This document shows, piece by piece, positions 1-7,869 of a stretch of DNA of 46,869 nt; position 1 is the stretch's first letter; each line of letters starts with the position of its first letter. The notes beneath the pieces were generated by a model that saw only the letters and a program-made list of their open reading frames with translations, ran no database searches and was not told the origin of the DNA. The stretch covers positions 1-46,869 of the forward strand of contig JBAXFX010000002.1 in the NCBI GenBank assembly GCA_037139695.1, given 5' to 3'. Made by a program: the position numbers and the translations under genes. The stretch comes from Candidatus Moraniibacteriota bacterium (GTDB lineage Bacteria; Patescibacteriota; Minisyncoccia; Moranbacterales; UBA1568).

Positions 1-15
1 AAAACGAGATGTCTT

Positions 16-906
16 TTGTTAGAAAGGAAATTGCACTTCAGAATGGAACTTAAGAGAGTATCCTTGACGGAATCGGCTCGATACGGTATAGTCCGTCTTG
101 TGTTTTTTTACAAACAATCAAATCGTGAGGTACGGATGAGGTATTCAAAACACTGCAGATGCCTCGAAACGGCGCTCGCATCGCGAAGGCCGGAAATCGA
201 CACCTTACTCTCGGGGTTGAAGGGCTCCTATCACAACGGGGCACACGCTGTTTTCAGGATCGAGGCGATCGGAGAGATGACCGCTCATCTTCAGCGGCAT
301 GAACGCCTCGAGAGCGACACGAGACTCCTGCTCGAGACATGCGCGCTCATGCTCGATCTCGGACGCTCCGGTTTTTGCGGGATTCCTCCGTCTGACGACG
401 CCAGGAGTTACGAGGAACGGGCCGAGGATATCGTGGAGATCCTGTTTGACAATCATATCCCAAGAAAGGCTATCTGGACTATCCGGGATATGCTTAAGGC
501 CTATCCGTCCAGATGGAACGACTATGAGAAGGGAACTATCAGTACACGCATGGCGACAAGTAAACCGAAGAGGATCCTAGGCCTTTCGGATGTATTTTCT
601 TTTGCGCGGGGATGGGACTCATTCCTTGAATCGGCGTTCCGTCTCGCGGAGGAATGTCCGCAGGAAGCCACCTTCCGGGTCGATGGGTTCATACGTGACT
701 GTGAAACGGTCCTCGAATCCTTTGTCCGCCGTCATCTCGTACACATGAAGAATGTTTTCGAGGACGACTACTACTTCGGGTTGCTGAGGAGTCATAGATC
801 GATACTGGCATCATTGAAAATGCTTCGCGAGAATGGTCCCGAACGGGAGTCGGTCCAGGAACGGTTGTACCACATCGAATGTGGCGAAACGAAATGCCTT
901 ATCTGA
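16..906 (+). CDS. hypothetical protein (5' end uncertain; may start at ATG 136 or extend past the window edge)
   Basis: The 296-codon ORF has no upstream in-frame stop within the window. ATG at 136 is preceded by GAGG. The sequence looks helical with scattered His/Asp but I recognise no confident family signature. Confidence 0.5.
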   Translation: MLERKLHFRMELKRVSLTESARYGIVRLVFFYKQSNREVRMRYSKHCRCLETALASRRPEIDTLLSGLKGSYHNGAHAVFRIEAIGEMTAHLQRHERLESDTRLLLETCALMLDLGRSGFCGIPPSDDARSYEERAEDIVEILFDNHIPRKAIWTIRDMLKAYPSRWNDYEKGTISTRMATSKPKRILGLSDVFSFARGWDSFLESAFRLAEECPQEATFRVDGFIRDCETVLESFVRRHLVHMKNVFEDDYYFGLLRSHRSILASLKMLRENGPERESVQERLYHIECGETKCLI

Positions 907-1002
907 GGGTTTCAGACCACTTGCACATTTCCGGGGGATAGGCTACCATGCCTTTCCCCTGTTTTTTAATATTTTTGCCAACCCAAAAGAGAAGGAGACG
1001 GT

Positions 1003-1686
1003 ATGAGTGGGATTTTGGACGATGTCAGAGCGATAGTATCCAATCCGAAAGAAGACAGGACAACGTTCTTCAACTATGTTGCCGAGTACTGGCCCAGAAG
1101 AAGTAAACAATATAATAAGATCAAAAGGGCCTATGACTACGCGAAGGACGGATTTCGTGACAAGCTCCGGAAGGACAATGTCACGCGATATTTCGAACAT
1201 CCTCGCTCGGCGACACTTGTCCTCATGAGGTGGCTCGGAATCATCGATCCGGACGAGATTGTAGAGATGTTACTCCATGACAACCCCGAAGATCTCGAAG
1301 AATGGACACTCGAGAGAAGCGAGGGCGCGTTCAGCAAGAAGAACGCAAGGGGATTGGAGCGCCTCACGAAACCCTCAGAGGCCGACGGATACTCCGGGCA
1401 AGATGCCAAGCGCATCTATTACCAGTGGTTTGAGACCGCCGGACGAAAGTTTTTCCGCAAAAAAAATTGCGACCGACTGGTCAATATCCTGACAAGCGAC
1501 GTCCTTCCGATCCGCAAACAGATTGAATTAGCGGATGAGACCGAGCGCTATTTCATACCGTACGCCAGAAAATTCGGCATTCTTTATCAGGAACTCCTTG
1601 CGGGAATCAAGGAGATCAGGGATCGGGTTGAATGTCTACGAGCAGAACAGTTGGCGCGGGAAAACGAGACGGTTCCGGAGACTTGA
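1003..1686 (+). CDS. HD-domain phosphohydrolase, RelA/SpoT-type (p)ppGpp-hydrolase-like
   Basis: AAGGAGA RBS lies upstream of the ATG. The segment YFEHPRSATLVLMRWLGIIDPDEIVEMLLHDNPED matches the HP...LLHD..ED metal-binding signature of SpoT/Mesh1-type HD domains. Confidence 0.6.
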   Translation: MSGILDDVRAIVSNPKEDRTTFFNYVAEYWPRRSKQYNKIKRAYDYAKDGFRDKLRKDNVTRYFEHPRSATLVLMRWLGIIDPDEIVEMLLHDNPEDLEEWTLERSEGAFSKKNARGLERLTKPSEADGYSGQDAKRIYYQWFETAGRKFFRKKNCDRLVNILTSDVLPIRKQIELADETERYFIPYARKFGILYQELLAGIKEIRDRVECLRAEQLARENETVPET

Positions 1687-1711
1687 TTTATTCTCGGCGA
1701 AATGATACTTT

Positions 1712-1746
1712 ATCCGAGGACTCAAAAGGCCCTCGGATTTCTTTTT
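1712..1746 (+). terminator. intrinsic terminator after the HD-domain gene
   Basis: Stem ATCCGAGG (1712-1719) pairs with CCTCGGAT (1731-1738) and is followed by TTTCTTTTT. Confidence 0.6.
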
Positions 1747-1776
1747 CGGGGACTTTGTCGGTCCATTATGACTCTT

Positions 1777-1848
1777 TGGGGAGTAGCCAAGCGGTAAGGC
1801 AGCGGGTTCTGGTCCCGCCATGCGTAGGTTCGATCCCTACCTCCCCAG
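1777..1848 (+). tRNA. tRNA-Gln (anticodon CTG)
   Basis: The sequence folds as a cloverleaf. Acceptor TGGGGAG pairs with CTCCCCA, the anticodon stem is GCGGG/CCCGC with loop TTCTGGT (CTG), and the T-arm contains GGTTCGATCC. It is very similar to E. coli tRNA-Gln. CCA is not encoded. Confidence 0.9.
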
Positions 1849-3312
1849 CATTTGAGTAAAAGTCATTATTTTCGGCGCTTTTGCGATCACTGAATAGGGC
1901 ATCCTGAGGCTTGTATCTGCGATTTCTTTCCCTTCGATTTTCAGGTTCCAAAGCAGTGTTTGGAGCAGTTCGTGCTTGCGTTCCGGGTTCCTTACGAGGA
2001 ACTCTTTTTTTGCTTTGTGAGCGGTCAAAAGAATATCTTTTACCTGTTCCAAAGTTGCAGAGTCCCTTGCAGAGGAATCCAGTCCGATATTTTTGAGGTC
2101 GGCCTTGATTCCCGCTTCCTCTTGGTTGAGCTTTTGCAGTTTTGTCTGGTACGCTTCTTCCGTGATCATGGAAGACAGAAACGCATCGAGCAGTTTTTCC
2201 TGTTTCTGTTTCAAGAGGGAGAGTTGCGAAAGTAGATTGTCCCGGACAGTATTGGTCGTGCTCTTTTCAGAAAGTGAGTTTTCCTTTTTGGCGAGGTAAG
2301 CGATTTCGATCAGTTCCTCGTCAAGTGTGAGCTGGTCAAGGATCGGGGCGATGAGTTCGTCCAATACTTCGACGCGAATGTATTTCTTGTGCTGTTCGCA
2401 GTTCCCGCGCCCGTTGGTACAGAAATAGTAATCTTTGCCCTTCTTCTTCGTGGCGGTCAAAGCGCAACCGCAGACATTGCATTGTAAGAGTCCACGGAAC
2501 CGGAAGAACAGACGTTTCGATCGGGGATTGATGCGTCCGGAAAGGACCGATTGGGCATCGTCAAACATTTTCTTGGAAACGATAGGCTCGTGATTCCCGA
2601 CATAGGATTTCCCGTCACGTACCATGACCCCATGATAGAAGGGATTGATCAAAATCTTGTGAATCTTACTTCTCCACATTTTTGAGCCTGAGTCGCTTCG
2701 GTATCCCTCGCCGTAGAGGATATCCGCGATCTCCTTGGTGTTCTTGCCTTCCTGTGTGTAAAGCTCGTATACCCGGACGATGAACGGACGCAATCGCTCA
2801 TTGACGAAAATCCAGTGTGTCGCCTTGTCGTTGAGATAGCCAAGGGGCGCGAAGCTCGGCCATTCGCCCCGTTCCAGTTTCGCCCGCAAGCCACGCCGGA
2901 CATTGACGCTGAGATCGTCGACGTACTTCTTGGCCATCCCGAAATCAAGACTCATGAAAAACTTGTCGTCCGAGATATTGCGGATGACCTTTTCCCACGT
3001 TCGGATTTCCTTGATGATTTTACGATCCATGAACCAAGAAAGTTTCCCGCCGTCCATGGCATTCCGGGCCAGTCGGTCCAATTTCCAAGTGATAACCCCG
3101 TATTCGGTGCCAGAGGTCTCCATAAAGGCCATCATTTCATCAAAAACGGGCCTTCCGGGGGCTTTAGCGGACATACTCTCTACAAAGACCCTTTCGACCG
3201 TCAAGCCATCCCTGCGGGCCAATTCTTGCATTTCGGACACCTGAGAATCGATAGACAAGACCTGTCTATCCTCGCTTTCCGATGATTTCCGGGCGTAGAT
3301 GATGTACTTCAT
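1837..3312 (-). CDS. large serine recombinase (integrase type)
   Basis: The N-terminal resolvase catalytic region is YARKSSESEDRQVLSIDSQ...WKLDRLARN. A recombinase domain and a Cys-rich zinc ribbon (CNVCGCALTATKKKGKDYYFCTNGRGNCEQH) follow, then a coiled-coil tail. The last 4 codons and the stop overlap the tRNA-Gln 3' end. Confidence 0.85.
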   Translation of the reverse strand: MKYIIYARKSSESEDRQVLSIDSQVSEMQELARRDGLTVERVFVESMSAKAPGRPVFDEMMAFMETSGTEYGVITWKLDRLARNAMDGGKLSWFMDRKIIKEIRTWEKVIRNISDDKFFMSLDFGMAKKYVDDLSVNVRRGLRAKLERGEWPSFAPLGYLNDKATHWIFVNERLRPFIVRVYELYTQEGKNTKEIADILYGEGYRSDSGSKMWRSKIHKILINPFYHGVMVRDGKSYVGNHEPIVSKKMFDDAQSVLSGRINPRSKRLFFRFRGLLQCNVCGCALTATKKKGKDYYFCTNGRGNCEQHKKYIRVEVLDELIAPILDQLTLDEELIEIAYLAKKENSLSEKSTTNTVRDNLLSQLSLLKQKQEKLLDAFLSSMITEEAYQTKLQKLNQEEAGIKADLKNIGLDSSARDSATLEQVKDILLTAHKAKKEFLVRNPERKHELLQTLLWNLKIEGKEIADTSLRMPYSVIAKAPKIMTFTQMLGR

Positions 3313-3529
3313 AACGTATCGCTAACATATCCGGGAAGGACGAATAAATCAAGGACGCTCTTGGCAAGGAGGGGTTGCTATGACAAAAGTATTTCCATTG
3401 CTTCGCTTCACCGCACAACATAAATCTCTCTTTGTAAATAGTCAATTATGGCTATTTTAAGCAATAATATCATTTTGCGTCACAAAACGTGCTGATGTGT
3501 GCATATAGGCAAGACAGTGCATGTGCCGA

Positions 3530-3652
3530 TACCACGACCCCCGCCTTGAGCGTCAAGGGTACGCCTGCGGGCAACCCGCAGGCCTCGGACTCCCTTGACC
3601 CTCGGCTTGGTCCGTGGTCAAACACCTGTATGGGCTAAAGCCCATCTTTTAC
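3530..3652 (+). ncRNA. candidate structured small RNA (GC-rich multi-helix element plus terminator hairpin)
   Basis: P1 is ACCACGACC (3530-3538) paired with GGTCCGTGGT (3609-3618). Internal hairpins are CCTTGA-GCG-TCAAGG and CCTGCGGG-CAA-CCCGCAGG. ATGGGC-TAAA-GCCCAT follows and is trailed by CTTTTACTT. No ORF is present. Confidence 0.3.
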
Positions 3653-3656
3653 TTCG

Positions 3657-3905
3657 TCACTTGTAACCGGAGGCAGGGAAGTCGGGTGGAGACAGGGGAA
3701 GGTCGGCGAAGAAATCGTAGAATTTCGCCAAGCTATCCAAGTACAGGTCGGCATCATCATCGGAGATCGTCAAATCAAAGCATTTTTGAAAATGCCCGAT
3801 GATCCGTTGTCTCAATTCTTGGCTGAACTTGTACGGCATGCTCTCAGAAAACTGCTCTGAGAAACAAAAAAAACCAACCCTTGGAAAAAGCTGGTTATTC
3901 GACAC
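3657..3905 (-). CDS. small acidic hypothetical protein (likely starts at ATG 3839; possible recombination accessory factor)
   Basis: The ORF is 82 aa, or 60 aa from MPYKFSQELRQRIIGHF. It sits directly upstream of the serine recombinase on the same strand. No recognisable motif. Confidence 0.4.
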   Translation of the reverse strand: MSNNQLFPRVGFFCFSEQFSESMPYKFSQELRQRIIGHFQKCFDLTISDDDADLYLDSLAKFYDFFADLPLSPPDFPASGYK

Positions 3906-4091
3906 AGTATTGATTGAAAGATCAATCTAGGCCAAACAAGTCTTTTCCCTGAAACAGGTATTCCCTGATTAAAGGTTTGTTTGCCCTAAATTGAGATCGG
4001 AAGTATAAAAATGCGCCGTTGATCAATCGGCTGGGCGATATATCGGAAGGGTGATTTTCAAGTTTCCGTTGGTACGATAGGCCCCATATTC

Positions 4092-4625
4092 CTATTTGTC
4101 AAGACTCAGCCTTATCCGATCATTCAGATCCTGTCGATCATATGACGGCATAACCGGAACGTGAAGCAGCGGAAGGCCGGCGCTTGAAAATGCATTATTG
4201 AGAAAAGAATCTCGGATCATCCTTTTTGTTTCACGATGTGATGAATCATCTAATTCGATTGCAATCATCGGTTTCATACTTTCTTTTTCGCAAAGCAGAA
4301 AATCTATGTGTTTTGATTGTATCTTGTTGAATGATGATGCAAATTGACTTTTACTCAGTCCGCTAGGTACAGTGAGGATCTCTAAGAGGCTCACTTGAGA
4401 AAATATCAAATAGTCGTTTCCGACAACTTCCTGCAAAATAGAGAAAAACTTCTTTTCTGCCTGAGTTAAGAGAGAATCTTTTTTAAGATACCGAATGTCA
4501 TCGTGAGGTTTCTTTTCTTTTAAGAAAACAATCGATATTTTCAATACGATTACGATTATTGAAAAAATCAGGAGCAGGAGAAACGATTGTGAGAAAATCA
4601 TAGGAATATACAAAAAAGGTCCCAC
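4092..4625 (-). CDS. membrane-anchored DUF2726-like (restriction-endonuclease-fold) protein
   Basis: There is an N-terminal TM helix. The segments LTQAEKKFFSILQEVVGNDYLIFSQVSL and SKHIDFLLCEKESMKPMIAIELDDSSH match the DUF2726 pattern as I recall it. Confidence 0.6.
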   Translation of the reverse strand: MGPFLYIPMIFSQSFLLLLIFSIIVIVLKISIVFLKEKKPHDDIRYLKKDSLLTQAEKKFFSILQEVVGNDYLIFSQVSLLEILTVPSGLSKSQFASSFNKIQSKHIDFLLCEKESMKPMIAIELDDSSHRETKRMIRDSFLNNAFSSAGLPLLHVPVMPSYDRQDLNDRIRLSLDK

Positions 4626-4808
4626 GACGGTGACAACCCTTTCGGGCCATCCAATAGCCTTTCGACTATCGACCTAAGCAATAAGTACCGGTCGTGAGAC
4701 CGTTTTTATTGCTTAGGGTTTCAGGCCATGCCATAGCAGAAGCTACGGTTTAGGCCTATAATTCAGTTGTTGTTTGTATTTTGCTCTAATTTCGCTAAAA
4801 AATCAAAT

Positions 4809-5585
4809 ATGGAAGATATCAATTTGAATGATTTACTAGAGCCACTCTTCAAAGAGGCTAAAGATGTTGATGAGTTCGAATTTTGTTGTTGCATTTTACG
4901 CATGAGGGGAAGTGAAGGGCCAGGATGGGACCCTTTACAAGAAAGTGCTAAATTTATAAGTCAGATAGCTAGTCTAATTGATGCTCCTATAGACAACGAA
5001 TTAAAAATTAGATTGTCGTTGCTATTGTATTGTCATGCAACTGAAATTGACGACGTGTATTTAACAATTGCAAATCTGTTTAGAATAATCAAGGGCGATA
5101 GGTATGGTAGCGCAATTTTTAAGAAGAAAGATGAGGAAGGAAAAAAAATTAAATACCCGAGTCAAAAAATATCTGAGATAAAAAAATTAGCTCAGGACTC
5201 TAAATACGAAAATATTCCGGAAGTAATGGAATATTTTCTTGAAAAAGAAATCAGGAATGCATTCTATCACTCAGATTACATTTTATATGAAGATGCTTTC
5301 AATATTCGAAATGGAGCGGGCGTTTTGATGAATGGAATTATCGATCCATCAGTTCCATTAGCGTGGTTCATGCCAAAAGTCAGGCTCGGAGTTGAATTTT
5401 CTATTGAGGTAATCAATTTGATACAAAAAAGTATCCATTCATATCGTAAAGAAAAAGTCGTCAATGCAAGGATTTTACAAAACGAGGAAATTGATCCAGT
5501 TCTTTCAACTGTAAATCCAAAATTTGGATTGAGCGGATTTCGATCATTGACGGAAGAGGAAAAGGCATCCATGAAGAAAAAATAG
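4809..5585 (+). CDS. hypothetical protein with RNxxxH (HEPN-like) motif
   Basis: ATG at 4809 lies within the ORF 4767..5585. The motif EKEIRNAFYHSDYI (R149-N-A-F-Y-H154, nt 5253-5270) fits the Rx4-6H HEPN signature seen in Abi_2/AbiD-type proteins. The gene is AT-rich. Confidence 0.55.
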   Translation: MEDINLNDLLEPLFKEAKDVDEFEFCCCILRMRGSEGPGWDPLQESAKFISQIASLIDAPIDNELKIRLSLLLYCHATEIDDVYLTIANLFRIIKGDRYGSAIFKKKDEEGKKIKYPSQKISEIKKLAQDSKYENIPEVMEYFLEKEIRNAFYHSDYILYEDAFNIRNGAGVLMNGIIDPSVPLAWFMPKVRLGVEFSIEVINLIQKSIHSYRKEKVVNARILQNEEIDPVLSTVNPKFGLSGFRSLTEEEKASMKKK

Positions 5586-5652
5586 CACTCCTTTTGTCAG
5601 CAAATTTATTTGTTATGGTTATTAGAAAAATGGCTTATCTCTGAGAAATATA

Positions 5653-5695
5653 CTGTCCAACTTCATCCCACAGACACAGCTACGTCGTTCGTGAA
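5653..5695 (+). repeat. 43-nt direct repeat, copy 1
   Basis: CTGTCCAACTTCATCCCACAGACACAGCTACGTCGTTCGTGAA matches 7666..7708 at 38 of 43 positions. It lies 68 nt after the stop of the 4809..5585 gene. Confidence 0.8.
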
Positions 5696-5835
5696 TGCCG
5701 TGAGTATATATCATACATATCAGTTTGCTCTGTTGGCATAAGAAAACAGCCCTTCATAATGAGGGCTGTTTATTACTTTAATTGTTATTGTGTTAATCGT
5801 TTGGGCTAGATTTACATGTATCTTTATGAATTGAG

Positions 5836-6213
5836 CTAACCTTTCTCTGTCGCGAGATCCATCAATACGGCGTGAATATCCTCTCCGAAGTCTGCTATAT
5901 TTTTTGGCTGTATTTGCGTAAAAGGAATCCAGCGTGGTTTCCCTGATTCGAGATCATCAACATTTTCATCTGAAACAAGATTCGTAGATTCCGGCCGACA
6001 AAGATAGAAAAAAAGGAATGCATGATACGCCTCATCAAGTGGCTGATAATAGAAGAAATTCTCACGAAAAAAGAGAAATCGTTCTACAGAAACTTTTAAT
6101 CCTGTTTCTTCTTCGATCTCCCTTCGGAGACCATCCTCGATACGCTCTCCGATTTCTATGCCACCACCAGGAAGCCATAATTTCCCATTCCCTTTGTTTC
6201 GGAGAAAAACCAC
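5836..6213 (-). CDS. Nudix hydrolase (small, single domain)
   Basis: Canonical Nudix box GGGIEIGERIEDGLRREIEEETGL. Confidence 0.8.
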   Translation of the reverse strand: MVFLRNKGNGKLWLPGGGIEIGERIEDGLRREIEEETGLKVSVERFLFFRENFFYYQPLDEAYHAFLFFYLCRPESTNLVSDENVDDLESGKPRWIPFTQIQPKNIADFGEDIHAVLMDLATEKG

Positions 6214-6430
6214 TTTACCATCAGCAACAATCAGACCATAAACGCTTGGACGAAAAAAAACTTCTCTCGGGGGAGAGTCACTATCTGATCAAAATTATTT
6301 CGGCAAGTGATCGTAGTCATAATTCAAAAAATTACTTAATAGCAATATTATAATACTAGCTTATACGAGCCATTAAAACAAGAAGTGCCGCCATTGATTT
6401 AAATGACAGCACTTAATAAAGTTGAGCGAT

Positions 6431-7020
6431 CTAACAACAGCTTTCTGTTCTGACAAAACATAATTGATCATCCGGGCCACCTGTAGAAGATATTGACCCA
6501 GATATGCAACCACCGTAACATCTTTTCATGTAGTGGTCGCATTTTTTACATTTCACATGTTCTAATTTTTGAAATCCTCGAAGAACAGTAGAGTTTCTCC
6601 AGAGAGTCTCAAAGCCCTGCTCGAATACATTGCCACAAAAATACGTATCTCCAGAAAATCACAAGGAAAGAAATCTCCGCTAAAAGCGATGAATCCATTC
6701 TTTCGTGCCGGACAGGGAGAATTAAAATCCATAGAGTGATGATAAGTCGCTTTCTCCCCGAGGACATCGAAGTATGTCAGCAGAGTGATGCTAGGATGAG
6801 CCATCCGAAGATTCCCTATCTCCTGAACAACTTGATGCATGATAGCACTGTCTATAGCATTCTCTTGATTGAAATCGGCATGTTTTCCCACGGGTCTAAA
6901 TGGAAGATAACTCACATCAGAACCAAATCTATCCGCTAATTCGGCAACATGACCAATCACGCTCGCAGTCTGTTTGGAGACAACCGTATTTATCCGTCGT
7001 TTTATCTCAGTCTGACCTAA
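6431..7020 (-). pseudogene. radical SAM / SPASM-domain protein remnant (N-terminally truncated and frameshifted)
   Basis: ORF 6562..6960 encodes the middle part (VSYLPFRPVGKHADF...SPCPARKNGFIAFSGDFFPCDF). The SPASM Cys-rich C-terminus EHVKCKKCDHYMKRCYGGCISGS...DDQLCF is in a different frame at 6431-6560. No CxxxCxxC N-terminal domain is present. The reading frame runs into the repeat at 7027. Confidence 0.7.
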
Positions 7021-7026
7021 TCTTTC

Positions 7027-7105
7027 GGCACTGGTACCCGATTAGGTTGGTGAAAGTGCTTCTTTTAGGCTAGGATAAAGTCAGAATTGACGTTTTATTT
7101 TCAAA
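7027..7105 (+). repeat. partial, diverged copy of the MITE-like element left end
   Basis: GGCACTGGTACCCGATTAGGTTGG plus about 55 further nt align with 8837-8915 (GGCACTGGTTCCCGATGAGGTGG...). This copy abuts the truncated radical SAM remnant. Confidence 0.7.
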
Positions 7106-7108
7106 TTA

Positions 7109-7137
7109 TTGACATATTGTCAACATTCAGATATTAT
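7109..7137 (+). promoter_or_regulatory. sigma70-like promoter with embedded palindrome
   Basis: TTGACA (7109-7114), a 17-nt spacer and TATTAT (7132-7137). The -35 is part of the palindrome TTGACATATTGTCAA. Confidence 0.55.
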
Positions 7138-7189
7138 TCTCTGTTAGCTTTGTAAGTTTAATATATCAACACTAAAACAGGAGGGAGAC

Positions 7190-7567
7190 GTGAAAAAATC
7201 AAGTGTCGTAAAAAGGGTATGGGATCAGATTATTGAATGGTATGAATCGCACGCCGAAGGTCTGTACCTGATTATAATGATTCTCGTCATCTTTGCAGCT
7301 ATCATGGTGACAGTGTCTGGGGTGTGGTATCCGTTGCAAACACTCATTATCTGGACGGTAATCCTCATAGTCTTAATGCTACTTCTCTTACCTCTGATGG
7401 GTATGATGGAAATTGGGTGCGTATATGGAATATTAGTTAACCTCATTGCCGGAGTATTGCTGGTAATCGGATGGGTCTGGTTTCTTGTATCAGGTGGTCA
7501 TGACGGATTCGGGGCGAGCCTGTGGTCACACATAGTGCAATTTCTTCTCGGCTCCCCAAGAAAGTAA
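7190..7567 (+). CDS. small multi-pass membrane protein
   Basis: GTG start is preceded by GGAGGGAG. The 125-aa product has 3-4 hydrophobic helices. Confidence 0.6.
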   Translation: MKKSSVVKRVWDQIIEWYESHAEGLYLIIMILVIFAAIMVTVSGVWYPLQTLIIWTVILIVLMLLLLPLMGMMEIGCVYGILVNLIAGVLLVIGWVWFLVSGGHDGFGASLWSHIVQFLLGSPRK

Positions 7568-7665
7568 CCTGATGATTGTCATAATAGAACGAACTGCATA
7601 TCGCAGCTCGTTCTTTAATTTTTCACAGATATGCGGGTAATGTTTTTAGTGTGATTTGAAACATT

Positions 7666-7708
7666 CTGTCCTACTTCGTCCCACAAACACAGCCACGTCG
7701 TTCGCGAA
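7666..7708 (+). repeat. 43-nt direct repeat, copy 2
   Basis: CTGTCCTACTTCGTCCCACAAACACAGCCACGTCGTTCGCGAA. It lies 99 nt after the stop of 7190..7567 and contains the palindrome GTCGTTCGCGAACGAC. Confidence 0.8.
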
Positions 7709-7869
7709 CGACATGGCCAGTCTAGTCATTCGAGAACGACAGGACTCTGCCTCGGAATATAATGCCGGAAAAGGTACATGACTATTTTTGTTGGTCTGTC
7801 TGGACCTTTAGTCATATTCGCATAAAATTCAAAGGCCCAAGTGATGTGTTATCACGAGGGCCTTTACGC

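Noticed and set aside
3530-3620. The GC-rich cloverleaf-like element might be a tRNA or tRNA-like gene.
   Set aside because: The hairpin loops are 3 nt. There is no D-loop, no T-loop GTTCRA and no 7-nt anticodon loop with U33.
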